Positions 41,030 through 53,833 of a stretch of DNA of 64,000 nt are shown piece after piece; positions within the stretch are counted from its first letter, which is position 1, and each line of letters starts with the position of its first letter. This stretch comes from the human T2T-CHM13v2.0 reference genome, Homo sapiens, in the NCBI RefSeq assembly GCF_009914755.1, contig NC_060926.1. One strand, 5' to 3'. The notes under the pieces are model-generated. The model saw nothing but the letters and a program-made list of their open reading frames with translations, ran no database searches and was not told the origin of the DNA. The position numbers were made by a program, and so were the translations under genes.

Positions 41030-41910
41030 GACTGACAAACGCTGCGGGTAGCTCGCCTGCAGGGAGCACTGGGCAGGCCTAGGGGTGTTGGGATTGGAGG
41101 ACCCCGAGCTAGCAGTGCAGACAGTGGACGTGGCATTGGGGGTGCCGGGGCCAAAGGGAAGCGACAGCCAGGAGCCACGGGGTGCGGCGTGGAGAGGCAG
41201 GTGTCTCAGACTGGGGCGCAGGAGGTGTTCCCAGGGGGCCGGCAGCGTGGGGCTTGGGAGACCCGTGCCCTGACAATCTTACCCTAGATCTTCCAACGAC
41301 TCCAAGATGTCAGTCTCCATGAGGTCACACTCCATGCTACTGTGGTATTCAAATTTCCGAGTCGTCAGGCTCCCCTCTTCGCCGGCAACGCGTACACTCG
41401 CGCATGCGCGACTTCCCCGGAACTTCCAAATCCACAGCTGGCGCCTCAGCTCCCGCACTGCGCATGTCCGGAGCGTGCGCAAGAAACTTGGTCCCACTGA
41501 CCGCCCCACCCCTGCCCACTAAAGAATTACAGGGCCCGCAGTTTTGCACATGCGCGTTACTGGATCGTGAAGCTAGCCGCCCAGAGAAGGGTAGGAGGAC
41601 CGGCTGCGTGGCAGCTGGGCGTGGGGACCACGCGAAGGGGAGCGCTCTCGGCTCTCGTTATTGGGTGTACGCATGTGCGAATGTAGGGGGCGCGGCGGGC
41701 CGGGAAGGAGCTTGGAAGAGTCTCGGGACGCGGGTGGAGTCGGCTGTTAAACCGAGTCTCTGCATCCCAGACAGGAGATCGGGTGGCTCTTCGTAGGGTG
41801 CCGGCATGTGCTAGCCTTAGCTTGCAGGTCATGTAGAAAGGGAGAATTCTTGCGCTCCCGTCTTCAGGACGCGGGTGCGGGCCAAGTGCAGACGGCAGAT
41901 AGCGTGCCAT
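41030..41910. promoter_or_regulatory. CpG-island, TATA-less promoter of FAM98A
   Basis: Strong local CpG/GC enrichment around exon 1; NRF1-like GCGCATGCGC, ETS GGAAGT and GC-box motifs. Confidence 0.88.
41283..41335 (-). CDS. FAM98A: FAM98A exon 1 coding part (start codon)
   Basis: AGC ATG G Kozak context; MECDLMETDILESLEDLG then GG|gtaaga; 53 nt. Exon sum 53+149+135+185+81+117+168+669 = 1557 nt = 518 aa + stop. Confidence 0.96.
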
Positions 41911-42415
41911 TTGATTTCCTCGTGGCTGCAGTAGCTTTATTTCAGGGTTAGGGATGAGCCAACTTTCCGCAGACTATGGATGTTCAGAAAGTTGGGTCGT
42001 TTTCCCTCATGCATTCTCTACCTGATGTCTAAAGCCCTTCCCAGACACTAAGCATGTTATTTTAAGGAGAAGGGGAGCTTCACTCCATAGCAAATAGAAT
42101 AGAATATTTTTAAATCCACGTAGTTTAGACAGTGAATAAACTTTTTGGCTGTACTATCATTACTTTTGACATTATTTGCCCGGGTGAAACATTGAGTTCA
42201 CGATGTGGATGTGTTGTGATATCTTGGCAGTTACTGAGGGTGTGTTTAGAAATTACTGAAAAATCAGAAATGTTTTCAAAGTGATGGCATATTTAGAAAA
42301 CTATATTTAACCATAAGTTGGCGTACTGTTAAATCGTGTAGGCATTTAATTAAAGAGTTTTCATATTGATACCTGTTGATTTTATTCTATAGTTCTCAAG
42401 CATTTTTGTGTCTGA

Positions 42416-42774
<359 letters not shown>

Positions 42775-43947
42775 TCAGTTTCCTTATTTTGCATCATCTG
42801 AAGTGGGGGTAGGTTTTCTGCACTTACCATGGGCACTTGATATGGCCCATTATGATGCAGTCACCATAAGGCTGTGTGAATATTAGTCACATTCTACAGA
42901 TGAGGACACTAAGGCTGAGTGGCTTAATAATCTTCAGCGATCTTAATGCCTGTAAGTATGAAACTAGATTTTGAGATTGAGGTATATCTAAATCCATATT
43001 CCTTCTTTTTTGACTAGTCAAATAAGGATTTATACGCAGGATGTGAAAAGAGGAAAATTTAGCTAGTTGAATTTGTTTAAACTTGTATATATTGTACATA
43101 ATTACCTTATAATAATTGAATAATTATTTTCCTCATAGGGTTGTTGAAGGTGCTAAACAAAAAGTCATGCCTAATACAAAAATCAATTTTGAAAGAAAAA
43201 GGGTTTCATTCTTGACTCACTTTTGATGTAAGCTGTGTTCAATATTGAACTAATATTGAATATAATATTGTGTTCAATATTAGTGAATGAACGAGTGATG
43301 ACTTCCCTAAAAGTATTAGTATTCCCTTTCTTTCTTTAAAAAAAATCCAGCTTTTGCAGGAATAGTATTCTCTTTCTAATTCACATCGTTAGCTTAAATG
43401 AAGGATTGCTGATATGAAATTTTTATATATTATGGTTTAAAGGAATTCTACAATGGCTTTCTCTGCAATTAAAAAAAGCTTTTAAATACTACTTAAACAA
43501 AATTGTGTTCCCTACCAGGCAGGCTCAGAAAGAAAGAAAAAAAATTGTCATCATTTTAATGGGATCTACGAGGAATCTTTTGCATTTTATTTAGAAATTA
43601 TTTATGTTTATAATGGAACCTGATATCTGAAGACCTCTTTGAAACTGAGTTTACTAGAATGAAAGGAACAATGATTTGGAAGTGAGGAAGCTCTGGTTTT
43701 TGCATCAGATCAGTATAAGAAAGAATTTTCTAACACTCTAAGAGTAGTCTTAAAGTGACTTAGGTATCGTTGAGAGATGATGAGCTTCCTGTCTAGAAGG
43801 TGTTCACCTAGAGGCTGAATAATTACTTAAGGGTACTCTTGTGAGAAGGCACACCCACAAGTGCCAGCACATGCCCTTTTACTGATGACTTTGATTCTAG
43901 ATTCTTTCTCAAAAAAGAATATAAAATACCAACTTAAAACCCTTCTA

Positions 43948-44080
43948 GGGTCTGGCGCGGTAGTTCAGACCTGCAATCCCAGCACTTTGGGAGGCTGAGG
44001 CAGGAGGATTACTTGAAGCCAGGGGTTCAAGGCCAGCTTGAGCAACATAGCAAGACTCTGTCTCTGTTAAAAAAAAAAAA
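43948..44080 (+). mobile_element. Alu monomer (FLAM-like)
   Basis: Left monomer with polyA. Confidence 0.78.
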
Positions 44081-44855
44081 TTAATTAAAAATGACTTCCA
44101 GGTGGGACCCAAGTGAGGCAGAGGGGCAGGGGCTGGCAGACCAGCGGTAAGCATGGCATATCAGGGCCTCACCATACCTCTCATTGCAATGAGCGTGTTT
44201 TAGGGCTTCACTGGTTTCTTCATGCCTTGGTTCATCCCTAAGGGTCCTAAGTAGGGAGTTATCATTACCATGTAGGTGACCTGTTCAGTTTGTTGCTGTC
44301 TCTTTTGGCTGATTGCAATCCTGGCCAACTCAACCCTCTCTTCAGACTGCAGTTGAAACATGAAATCATCTGGTATCCGAAGTGTCATTGGCCTTGAGGA
44401 AGACAGGCTTTACAGTGCTCAGTCTTAGCAGTCATGAGAAAAGAATTCCTTCTAGATGCAAAATCCAAACCACACCACTTTTCTTGACTTGCTTATTTTG
44501 GGCATCAGCTGCCTTAAACATTCACACCACATTTGAATGTCTAACACAATGCAGCATTTTTTTCTTCAACTTTTTTATGCTTTAATGAATTATGTGCCTA
44601 CTTAACCTAAACTGTGCCAACTCCTCAAAATGATAATGCACTCTTTTGAGAGAGAAGATGCTTTTCTTCTGAGAAATGTGTTATTATGTCCTTGGAATTT
44701 GTGGATTTGTAGTGGCTCCTGCCTTCTCATAACATGGGAATCAGTGAACTATTTAGAACGTACTACTGCCTGACAAGACTCCAGTGGGGCAGTCAGTAGG
44801 AGAGGACGTTCAGAGGAAAGAGCTCTCCCAACAGAATTACACCAAATTATGTGTT

Positions 44856-45141
44856 CTTTTTTTTTTCTTTCTTCCTTTTTAAACAGAGTTTTGCTCTGTC
44901 GCTCCCGCTGAAGTGCAGTGGTGATCTCGTAGCCTCAACCTCCTGGGCTCAAGTGATCCTCCTGCCTCAGCCTCCCAAGTAGCTGGGACTGCAGCCGCTG
45001 GCCACCATGCCTGGCTAAGTTTTTTTATTTTTTGGTAGAGACGGTTTTGCCACGTTGCCCAGGCTGGTCTCAAAATCTTGGGCTCAAGCAATCCGCCCAC
45101 CTTGGCCACTGCACCCCGTCATGAGCCACCACATCCGGCCC
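44856..45141 (-). mobile_element. Alu (AluJ-like)
   Basis: Diverged antisense Alu. Confidence 0.85.
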
Positions 45142-45273
45142 AAGGTATATTTTCAGCATGAATTTCTCATTTCTGCCATCTTTTGGAATAAATCATTTTT
45201 CTGTTTTCTATAGATAAAATAAAATATAAAATAAAGCTATTCTAGTGTCCCATCTTTGAGGGAGTCTGGTTAC

Positions 45274-45737
45274 TGTCCATATTCTTAACTGCTGCTGCTA
45301 CAGATTACCACAAATTTAGAGGCTTAAAACAAGACAGATTTATTATCTTACAGCTCTGGAGGTCAGACACCTGAAATGGATCTCACCTGGCAAAAATGGG
45401 CAGGTTTGCATTTCTTCTGGAATCTCTAGGAGAGAATCTGTTTTCTTCCCTGTTTTGGTTTCTAGAGGCCACCCACCTTCCTTGGCTTATGACTCCCCTC
45501 CTTCATCAAGACCAGCAACACCACTCCGACCCCTGCTACATGGTAGTCATGCCCTCTTACCTTCCTGCCTCCCTCTTTTACTTATAAGGACCCCCATCCT
45601 TGTGCCAGATAATCCAGAATAATCTCCCAACCTTAAGATCTTCAATTTAACCACACCTGCAAAGTCCCTTTTTCCATAGTCTCATGTTCCAACGATTATG
45701 ATGCAGATAGTTTTCGGGGGAGGGGGGTCATACCACA
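45274..45737 (-). mobile_element. MLT1-family MaLR LTR
   Basis: attaccacaaatttagaggcttaaaacaa...tttattatcttacagctctggaggtcaga...ataatccagaataatctccc...cacctgcaaagtccctttt. Confidence 0.8.
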
Positions 45738-47477
45738 CTGCCTTTCCTGGAGAGTAGAAACAATGAATGATCTTAAAGATCAGCCTTTTCTAGCTCTTCT
45801 TGAAGAGAATAAAGACAAATTATTTTTTTCACTTGTGAAAGAAATGTAAATGGGAAAATTGAAAACTGATTTCAGTTTCCAGAGGAACATGTTTTATAAG
45901 TCATAACCTTAAAAATTATTAGAAGGTTTTTAATTATATAGTAATTAAAAATTTATGCAGCTGACATCTTTAAGAAAGTTACTTCTAGCATCTATAGAAG
46001 TAATTTTTTATCATGGCAAAGAGGTAGGTATAAGCTCAAATATAAGATTTGTCATGGATTGGTTTCTAAGAGGTGATTAAATAGGCATCTAAAACAAATA
46101 ACTTTTCTATCAAAAATAAAAGAACACTGTCTGAAAAATAGCAGCATTTTCCATTTTTAGTGAATTTATCTTTAGAATGACCCTCCAGCAAGGAGAAAAT
46201 AGAAAGACCATAGATTTACTGGTGTTGCTCAGAAATGCAAGTTTGTATATGTTGCTAAATAAAGTCCTTTTCAGCTTGCACAGTGAAAGCACAACTCTTT
46301 TTTTTTTTAAGTTAGCATGTAGAATTAAATCTTGTATGGTCTCAAATACTTTATATTACTAAAGAATGCTGTTTTTTCAAATCATTCCTCTGGCTATGTT
46401 AGTATAGTTTCTGAGCCCTGGCAATTTTTAGAGAATATTACAAAGTTTGAGAACAACATCTTGCCTGTGTTTAAACTAAACAAAGGAAGTGCTATGTGTG
46501 TGAATGTACGTGTGTATATATATATATATATATATATTCACACACACACATTCACACACACAAATGTGTATATATATACAAAAACACACACAGAGATATA
46601 TCCAGATCTTTCCAGAATAAAAGCTCCAAATTTGATTTCTGTTGTTCTCCCAACAAAGCTTCAGCCTAGTTGCCATGTTCTGCAATCAGGCACACAGTGA
46701 ACCAGATAGAAACCCATCTAATTTGGATGCAGTAAGAGCTTATTAGACTGTAGCCTAGAGGTAATAAACTAGCCTTCACACCAGACCAAGCGTTGTATTT
46801 TGTTTGGCCTGTTTAATAAGTTAAAGAACTGAGCTTACATTTAAAAGTTTGGAGATTTTATTTTAAAAATCTGAGTGTCTGGCTTTTCTGGGGCGAAAAC
46901 GTCTGCTGATTTGGCAGCATTGGAGGAACCTCATTGCCCATAAAGGCAATGATTGGCTTGGGTTGAGCAGGTTGCCCCTTCAACATGGGGTATGGATCTA
47001 CCAGTTCCCTCTGTTTTCTGGACCCTGTAAGTCACACATTATGTCATATGTGTGAACATCCAGGCATTTATTTGCCCTGCATTATGGTTTGGGATTTCCA
47101 ACCTTGTTTAGTCTTTTACTTGTTAAGCAGGTCTATCACTTTTTCTACCCTGTCTCCCATGGGCCTCTCCTCCTTTCTCTGCCTATTCCAGTCTCATGGA
47201 ACTCCTCCTGGTCACTTAACATAACTTGCCCTTTCATGCCTCTATACTTTTGTACAGACTTTGCCTGGAATCCTGTTTCCCTCATTCGTCTGCCTGGCAG
47301 ATTCCTCCTGCTCAGTCTTTGAGACTCAGTTTGGGAGAAGCCTTCTCTAACTGCCTTGGGCGCTCATTCTCTCCTCCCAAGCCTTCCTTAGCATTTTGGC
47401 ACAGGCAGCTTCAGGTGAGCACACGTGTAAACCCTCTGCTCTGTCAGCTACTTAGTTCACATCTTACCCTGTCCTCA

Positions 47478-48546
<1,069 letters not shown>

Positions 48547-48789
48547 CTCAGGCCCCATCTCAGCTTCACTGCTCCACAAAAAAGTTGTTCTCTGATAGTA
48601 CTGGTTAAAATTAATTTTCCTCTCTTCTGCATTTCTGAGGTAGCGGTGCTTAACTTGATTGAGTAGCATAACAACCTGGCAGACTTAAATGCAGATTCCT
48701 GGGCCCTGCCTCTGATGAGTCTATGTCAGCATTTCTGATATTATGGCATTCTGACATAGCACAGCAGTTATGGGGTGGGGTTTCTATAT

Positions 48790-49125
48790 TTCTTTTCTTT
48801 TTTTTCTTTCTCTCTCTCTTTCTTTTTTTTTTTTTTTTCTGAGACGGGGTCTGGCTCTGTTGCCCAGGCTGGAGTACAGTGGGGCAATCTCAGCTCACTG
48901 CAACCTCTGCCTCCCAGGCTCAAGTGATCCCTCCACCTCAGGCCTCCCGAGTAGCTGGGACCACAGGTACACGCCACCATGCCCAGTTAATTTTTTTTTT
49001 TTTTTGGTAGAGATGGGGGTCTCACCTTGTGTCCAGGCTGGTCTTGAACTTCTGGGCCCAAGTGATCGGCCCGCCCTAGCCTCCCAAAGTGTTGGGGATT
49101 ACAGGCGTGAGCCACCGTGCCTGGC
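48790..49125 (-). mobile_element. Alu (AluJ/S-like)
   Basis: Antisense Alu with long T-rich tail. Confidence 0.88.
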
Positions 49126-49259
49126 TGGAATCTGTATTTCTTAGTACCACTTCAGATAGCTTCATAAGTAGTCTTTCATAATTTATCATTTATTAGTGTT
49201 TTATTTTTATGTTGCTTATTTCATGTGTTGTGATCTTTTCTCTCCAGTGGTTGTAAAAC

Positions 49260-49929
49260 TGTAACCACCTAATGGGTTCTCCTTGCCTGCTGCCCAGATA
49301 GAGCTGACTTATCAAGGCAGGGACATTGCAATGGAGTTGAATTCATGAGAGCTGGGATTTCAGGGACTAGGGCTTTTCAAAGATAGTCTGGGGGAAGTGG
49401 TGGGGGTGGCTGCTGATTGGATGGTGGATGCAATCATAGGGTTGTTGGAAATGATCCTTCTGCATGCTGAAACCCTTCTGGGTGGGGCCACAGGAGCAGT
49501 GGGCGGGTCCAGGTTGGAGCCAGAGGCGTAGATGTCAGACATATAAAAACCCTGAAAAGATATCTCCGAAGGCCACTCTTAGATTCTACAATAGATATGT
49601 TATTTGCAGGAGTAATTGGGGAAGTTGTATATCTTGTTACCTCCAGAATAAAGACTGGCAATCATTTATGTCTACACCTTAGCAGAATTCAGGCTCCTCC
49701 CCTCCTGCTAGCCTGGTGGCCTCTCATTAGCTTTACAAAGGCACTTGAGTTTTGGGGAAGGGCTATTATCATTTAAACCATAAACTAAATGTCTCCCAAA
49801 GCTAGTCTAGTAATAATTAAAGGCAGCTCGATTGCTTGAAGGCTAAAGGCAGGAGGGGAGTTGGCTAGATCAGATCTCCCCCACTGCCATAATTTTCTCA
49901 CTGATACAATTTTTGCAAAGGCAGTTTCA
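49260..49929 (-). mobile_element. ERV1 LTR8-related solo LTR
   Basis: tgtaaccacctaatgggttc ... tttgcaaaggcagtttca termini, similar to the LTR8-type copies at 51.8 and 59 kb. Confidence 0.8.
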
Positions 49930-50660
49930 ACCCACCCATGTCCTACATAGTGCCTAATACATTGATGCCTATCCAGCAGCCATAAAAAAAATTGATTAGT
50001 TGATTGACAAGAAAATTTTCCTTTTTTCATAACTAGATTTTGCTCTCTTAAAGAATAGTGGTTCTTTGCAGCGAATAAATAAGTATACAATAATGAATTA
50101 TGCTCTGAGCTCTTGGATCATCCTGGAACTCAGTCAATGCCTATTTAAAACTTGGCTATTCTGGGAGGATGATATATTCTCTGCTGACTTAGATTGTTCT
50201 TAGCAACTTTGTATTTTATCCTAGTGCAGAGATTCTTTTTGGTGTCTATGTGGGGGAGGGGGTGCATTAGAATCCTCAATGAGACTTTTCATGCTCTACA
50301 GCCCCCCTAGTCCCCATGAGAATCACAGCATTGTGATGAGAGATGCTACTGATTAGGAGTGTACTGGGAACAAAACAGGGTTAAATCAGAATAGCGGCTG
50401 TGAATCACTGTCCTAGAGAGAGTTTGCAAATATGACCATTATGATTAGATAAATGAACTAGAGGCTGATTTTGAATGTCCTCAGCAAATCATAATTTCCA
50501 ACTCTTAGTAACAGTTATATATTTACATTCTTCATTATAACAATAGGATCATTGTTTGTAATCACAATAGAGATAAGAAAATACATTTTAAGCCAAAATG
50601 ATTTTTTTTCAAATCCTTGGTTAGATTACTTTATGTTTTGGAAAACTTGGGTTAAGTCTC

Positions 50661-51276
50661 TATAAACCAAAAATAAAATTCTAAGACCTCCCAGCCATCT
50701 GAATGAGCTTCCTCCTCGGCCAGGGTGCTCTTAAAATTTAACCTGAGAGACTGGTTCAGGCCATGATGGGAAGTGGGGGTTGGACATGCCTCATTATACC
50801 CTCCAGCATTAACATCAACACAGACCTTAAGTCTAATAAGAAGCATTTACAATCTATTCTTTCTGAAGCCTGCTACCTGAAGGCTTCATCTGCCTAATAA
50901 GAACTTTGGTCTCCACAGTCCATTACCTTAACTCTGATATTTCCTTTCTATATTGATCCCAGGTTTTTAGATAAACTCAACCAATTGTCAACCAGAAAAA
51001 TTTTAAATCTACCTATAACCTGGAAGCACCCCTACCACCCCCTATTCCCCCTTCAAGTTGTCCCACCTTTGTGGACCAAACCAATGTGTGTCTTAAATGT
51101 ATTTGATTGAAGTCTCATGTCTCCCTAAAATGTATAACATCAAGCTGCACCCCAACCACCTTGGGCACATGTTCTCAGGATCTCATGTTCTCAGTATCAT
51201 AGGCCATGGTCACCCCTATTTGGCTCAGAATAAATCTCTTCAAATATTTTACAGAGTTTGACTATTTTTGTTGACA
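50661..51276 (+). mobile_element. MER4 (MER4A/B-like) ERV1 solo LTR
   Basis: taaaccaaaaataaaattctaag...ccatctgaatg ... cagaataaatctcttcaaatattttacagagtttgac...tgaca. Confidence 0.82.
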
Positions 51277-51523
51277 TCATGCAAATTTACTCTGAAGAAA
51301 ACCTTGGGGGATCATTCTAGATTTTTCCCTTCTCAACCACTCCTAAGAGAGAATTAAGCCCTCCTGCCCTAAGGCATCCATTGTATGTAATAACTAACTT
51401 ATTTCCCAGTATCTTCTAAAATGCCAGCTTTCTACTTGGAAAAAATGACAAGAGTCACTGAAATAATTTTCTCTAAAGCTCCAGTCTCTCCTGTGATTGA
51501 GAAAGGCTAAATTACCTAGATTC

Positions 51524-51707
51524 CAGTGGTTTTCTAACACTGGTGTGCATCAGAGTTTCTTGGACGTTTTTTAAAACATAGATTTCCAGGCCCTGTCCCT
51601 GTTCAGTAGGTCCAGGATAAAGCCTCCAAATTTGCAATTCTAATGATCACCGGGTCCCAGGTATTTCTAATGCTGCTGGGCCAGGGACCATAATTTAGGA
51701 ACCACTG
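51524..51707. mobile_element. MER5A (hAT-Charlie)
   Basis: TIRs cagtggtt/aaccactg and MER5 internal motifs. Confidence 0.72.
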
Positions 51708-51990
51708 GTCTAGACCAATTCTTACATTGTTTGAAAAGCTCATGCCAATCAATAAGAAACTCATTTTACATCATGTCTCAGTACACTTAGGAACACACAC
51801 ACACACACACCCCTGAAACAGTTTTGAAACTGCCTTTGCAAAATTATAACTAAGGAAATTATGAAAGTGAGAGACATCAGACCTAACCAACTCCATCTTG
51901 CTTGTAACCTTTAAACTGTCCTTGTCCATTCCTGGATGTAGGCCAAACTAGCCTTGGGAAGGAATTTAGTGTATAGTTTAAGTAATAGCC

Positions 51991-52480
51991 TGTTGGGAAC
52001 AGGCTCCCCAAAATCTGGCCATAAACAAAATATCTGCAGTACTGTGATATGTTCATGATGGCCATAATGCCCATGCTGGAAGGTCGTGGGTTTACCGGAA
52101 TGAGGGCAAGGAACACCTGGCCCGCCTGGGGCAGAAAACCGCTTAAAGGCGTTCTTAAACCACAAACAATAGAGTGAGCGATCTGTGCCTTAAGGACATG
52201 CTCCTGCTGCAGATAACTAGCCAAACCCATCCCTTTATTTTGGCCCATCCCTTCATTTCCCATAAGGGATACTTTTAGTTAATCGAATATCTATGGAAAC
52301 AATGCTAATGACTGGCTTGCTGTTAATAAATACGTGAGTAAATCTCTGTTCGGGGCTCTCAGCTCTGAAGGCTGTGAGACCCCTGACTTCCCACTTCACA
52401 CCTCTGTATTTCTGCGTGTGTGTCTTTAATTCCTCTAGCGCCTCTGGGTTAAGGTCTCCCCGACCGAGCTGGTCTTGGCA
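51991..52480 (+). mobile_element. MER9 solo LTR (HERV-K9/HML-3)
   Basis: tgttgggaacagg...aaatctggccataaac ... cgaccgagctggtcttggca; 6-bp TSD atagcc (51985-51990, 52481-52486). Confidence 0.88.
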
Positions 52481-52759
52481 ATAGCCCTTCCCAAAAGCTA
52501 AACTGTTCTTGTAAAATGAATGAAAGGCCACCAGCCACCAAGGTAGAATGAGAGGGGCTGGAATTCTAAATATTACCAGCCATTATTCCAGAGGCCATAA
52601 GATTCACAACTTCCTCAATTACTATTAGAGGTAACATCACTGTTGTGAACCTAATATCACCTTTTGAGATGTCTTTTCAAGGTTTTGCATTTCTAACAAC
52701 CAGATGGTCCCACCTGGACCTGCCAACCAGTTCTGTGGCCCCCACCCAGGAACTGACTC

Positions 52760-53539
52760 TGTTACGGGATGGTCTTTGTTCTTCAAGCTCCCAAGATGGT
52801 GGGGGGCCACTCCCAAGATGGTGGCGGCTGCTCCCAAGTTGGGGCAGGCCTTTCGTTCTCTGACCTGGGATTCTTGGCTTCACAGATTCCAAGGAATGGA
52901 ACCTTGGCCCATGCGGTGAGTGTTATGGCTCTATTAGAAGCTGTGGGTCACAGAAGAGAACCGTGGAACCCAGCGACTAGTGTTCAGCTCGATTAGGATG
53001 AACCCGGGCACTTAGCTGCACAGGTACAATGGCGAACCTTTAGCCCAATTGGGAGCAGCAATGGGCGCCTCACTGGATCAGGAGTGCAGGGGACACCCTG
53101 CTGGATCCGGAGGGGTGGAAGTCAATGGTGGGTCTGCGACAGCAGCAAACAGCAGTGGTAGATAGTGAGTGAAAGCTCAGCTTGAGCTCTAACAAACATG
53201 GACCAGAAGAGTGTGCAGTTGCAAGATTTAATAGAGTGAAAACAGTGCTCCCATACAATGGGAGGGGACCTAAAAGGGGTTGCCCCTCCCTGCTCCAATG
53301 CCTGGGTTTATATCCCAATCATTGTCCCTCCCCCTGTGCTCTCAGGCGATACATGATTTGACTATTTCTTTACCTCCTGCTTTTAGCCTAATTTGTATTT
53401 TAGTGAGCCCTGTTTACTACCTTATTGGTCAGGTGTGAGCTGAGTTACAAGCCCTGTGTTTTAAAGGTAGGTGCAGTCACCTTCCTCAGCTAGGCTTAGG
53501 AAATCTTAGCCTAGGAAATCCAGCTAGTCCTGTCTCTCA
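52760..53539 (-). mobile_element. LTR17 solo LTR (HERV-W)
   Basis: Minus strand begins TGAGAGACAGGACTAGCTGGATTTCCTAGGC and ends ...CCCGTAACA; 780 bp; 4-bp TSD actc (52756-52759, 53540-53543). Confidence 0.9.
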
Positions 53540-53815
53540 ACTCAGCATAAGTGAACAGCTTTGACTCCCTGTGACTTCATCCCCGAACCAACCAATCAGC
53601 ACTCCCAATTCATTGGCCCTCTACCCACCAAATTATCCTTTTAAACCCTGATCCCAGAGTTTTTGGGGAGACTGATTTAAGTAATAATAAAACTCCTGTG
53701 TCCTGCACAGTCAGCTCTGCGTGAATTACTCTTTCTCTATTGCAATTCCCCTGTCTTGATAAACTGCCAGTGTCTAGACAGCAGGCAAGGTGAACCCACT
53801 GGGCAGTTACAAATT

Positions 53816-53833
53816 TGGGGGCTCGTCTGGAAT
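53816..53833 (+). other. Retroviral primer-binding site, tRNA-Pro type
   Basis: TGGGGGCTCGTCTGGAAT 4 nt after the LTR end; 16/18 match to the canonical Pro PBS TGGGGGCTCGTCCGGGAT. Confidence 0.85.

Larger units (their letters stand above)
51825..53811 (+). mobile_element. LTR8A-like 5' LTR, split into three pieces by MER9 and LTR17 insertions
   Basis: Starts tgaaactgcctttgcaaaattataac, ends gggcagttaca; the pieces rejoin seamlessly once the inserts and one TSD copy each are removed; AATAAA at ~53686. Confidence 0.85.

Noticed and set aside
41085-41910. Multiple overlapping 60-130 aa ORFs at the CpG island
   Set aside because: Expected from low stop-codon frequency in GC-rich DNA; only the FAM98A exon 1 frame is supported
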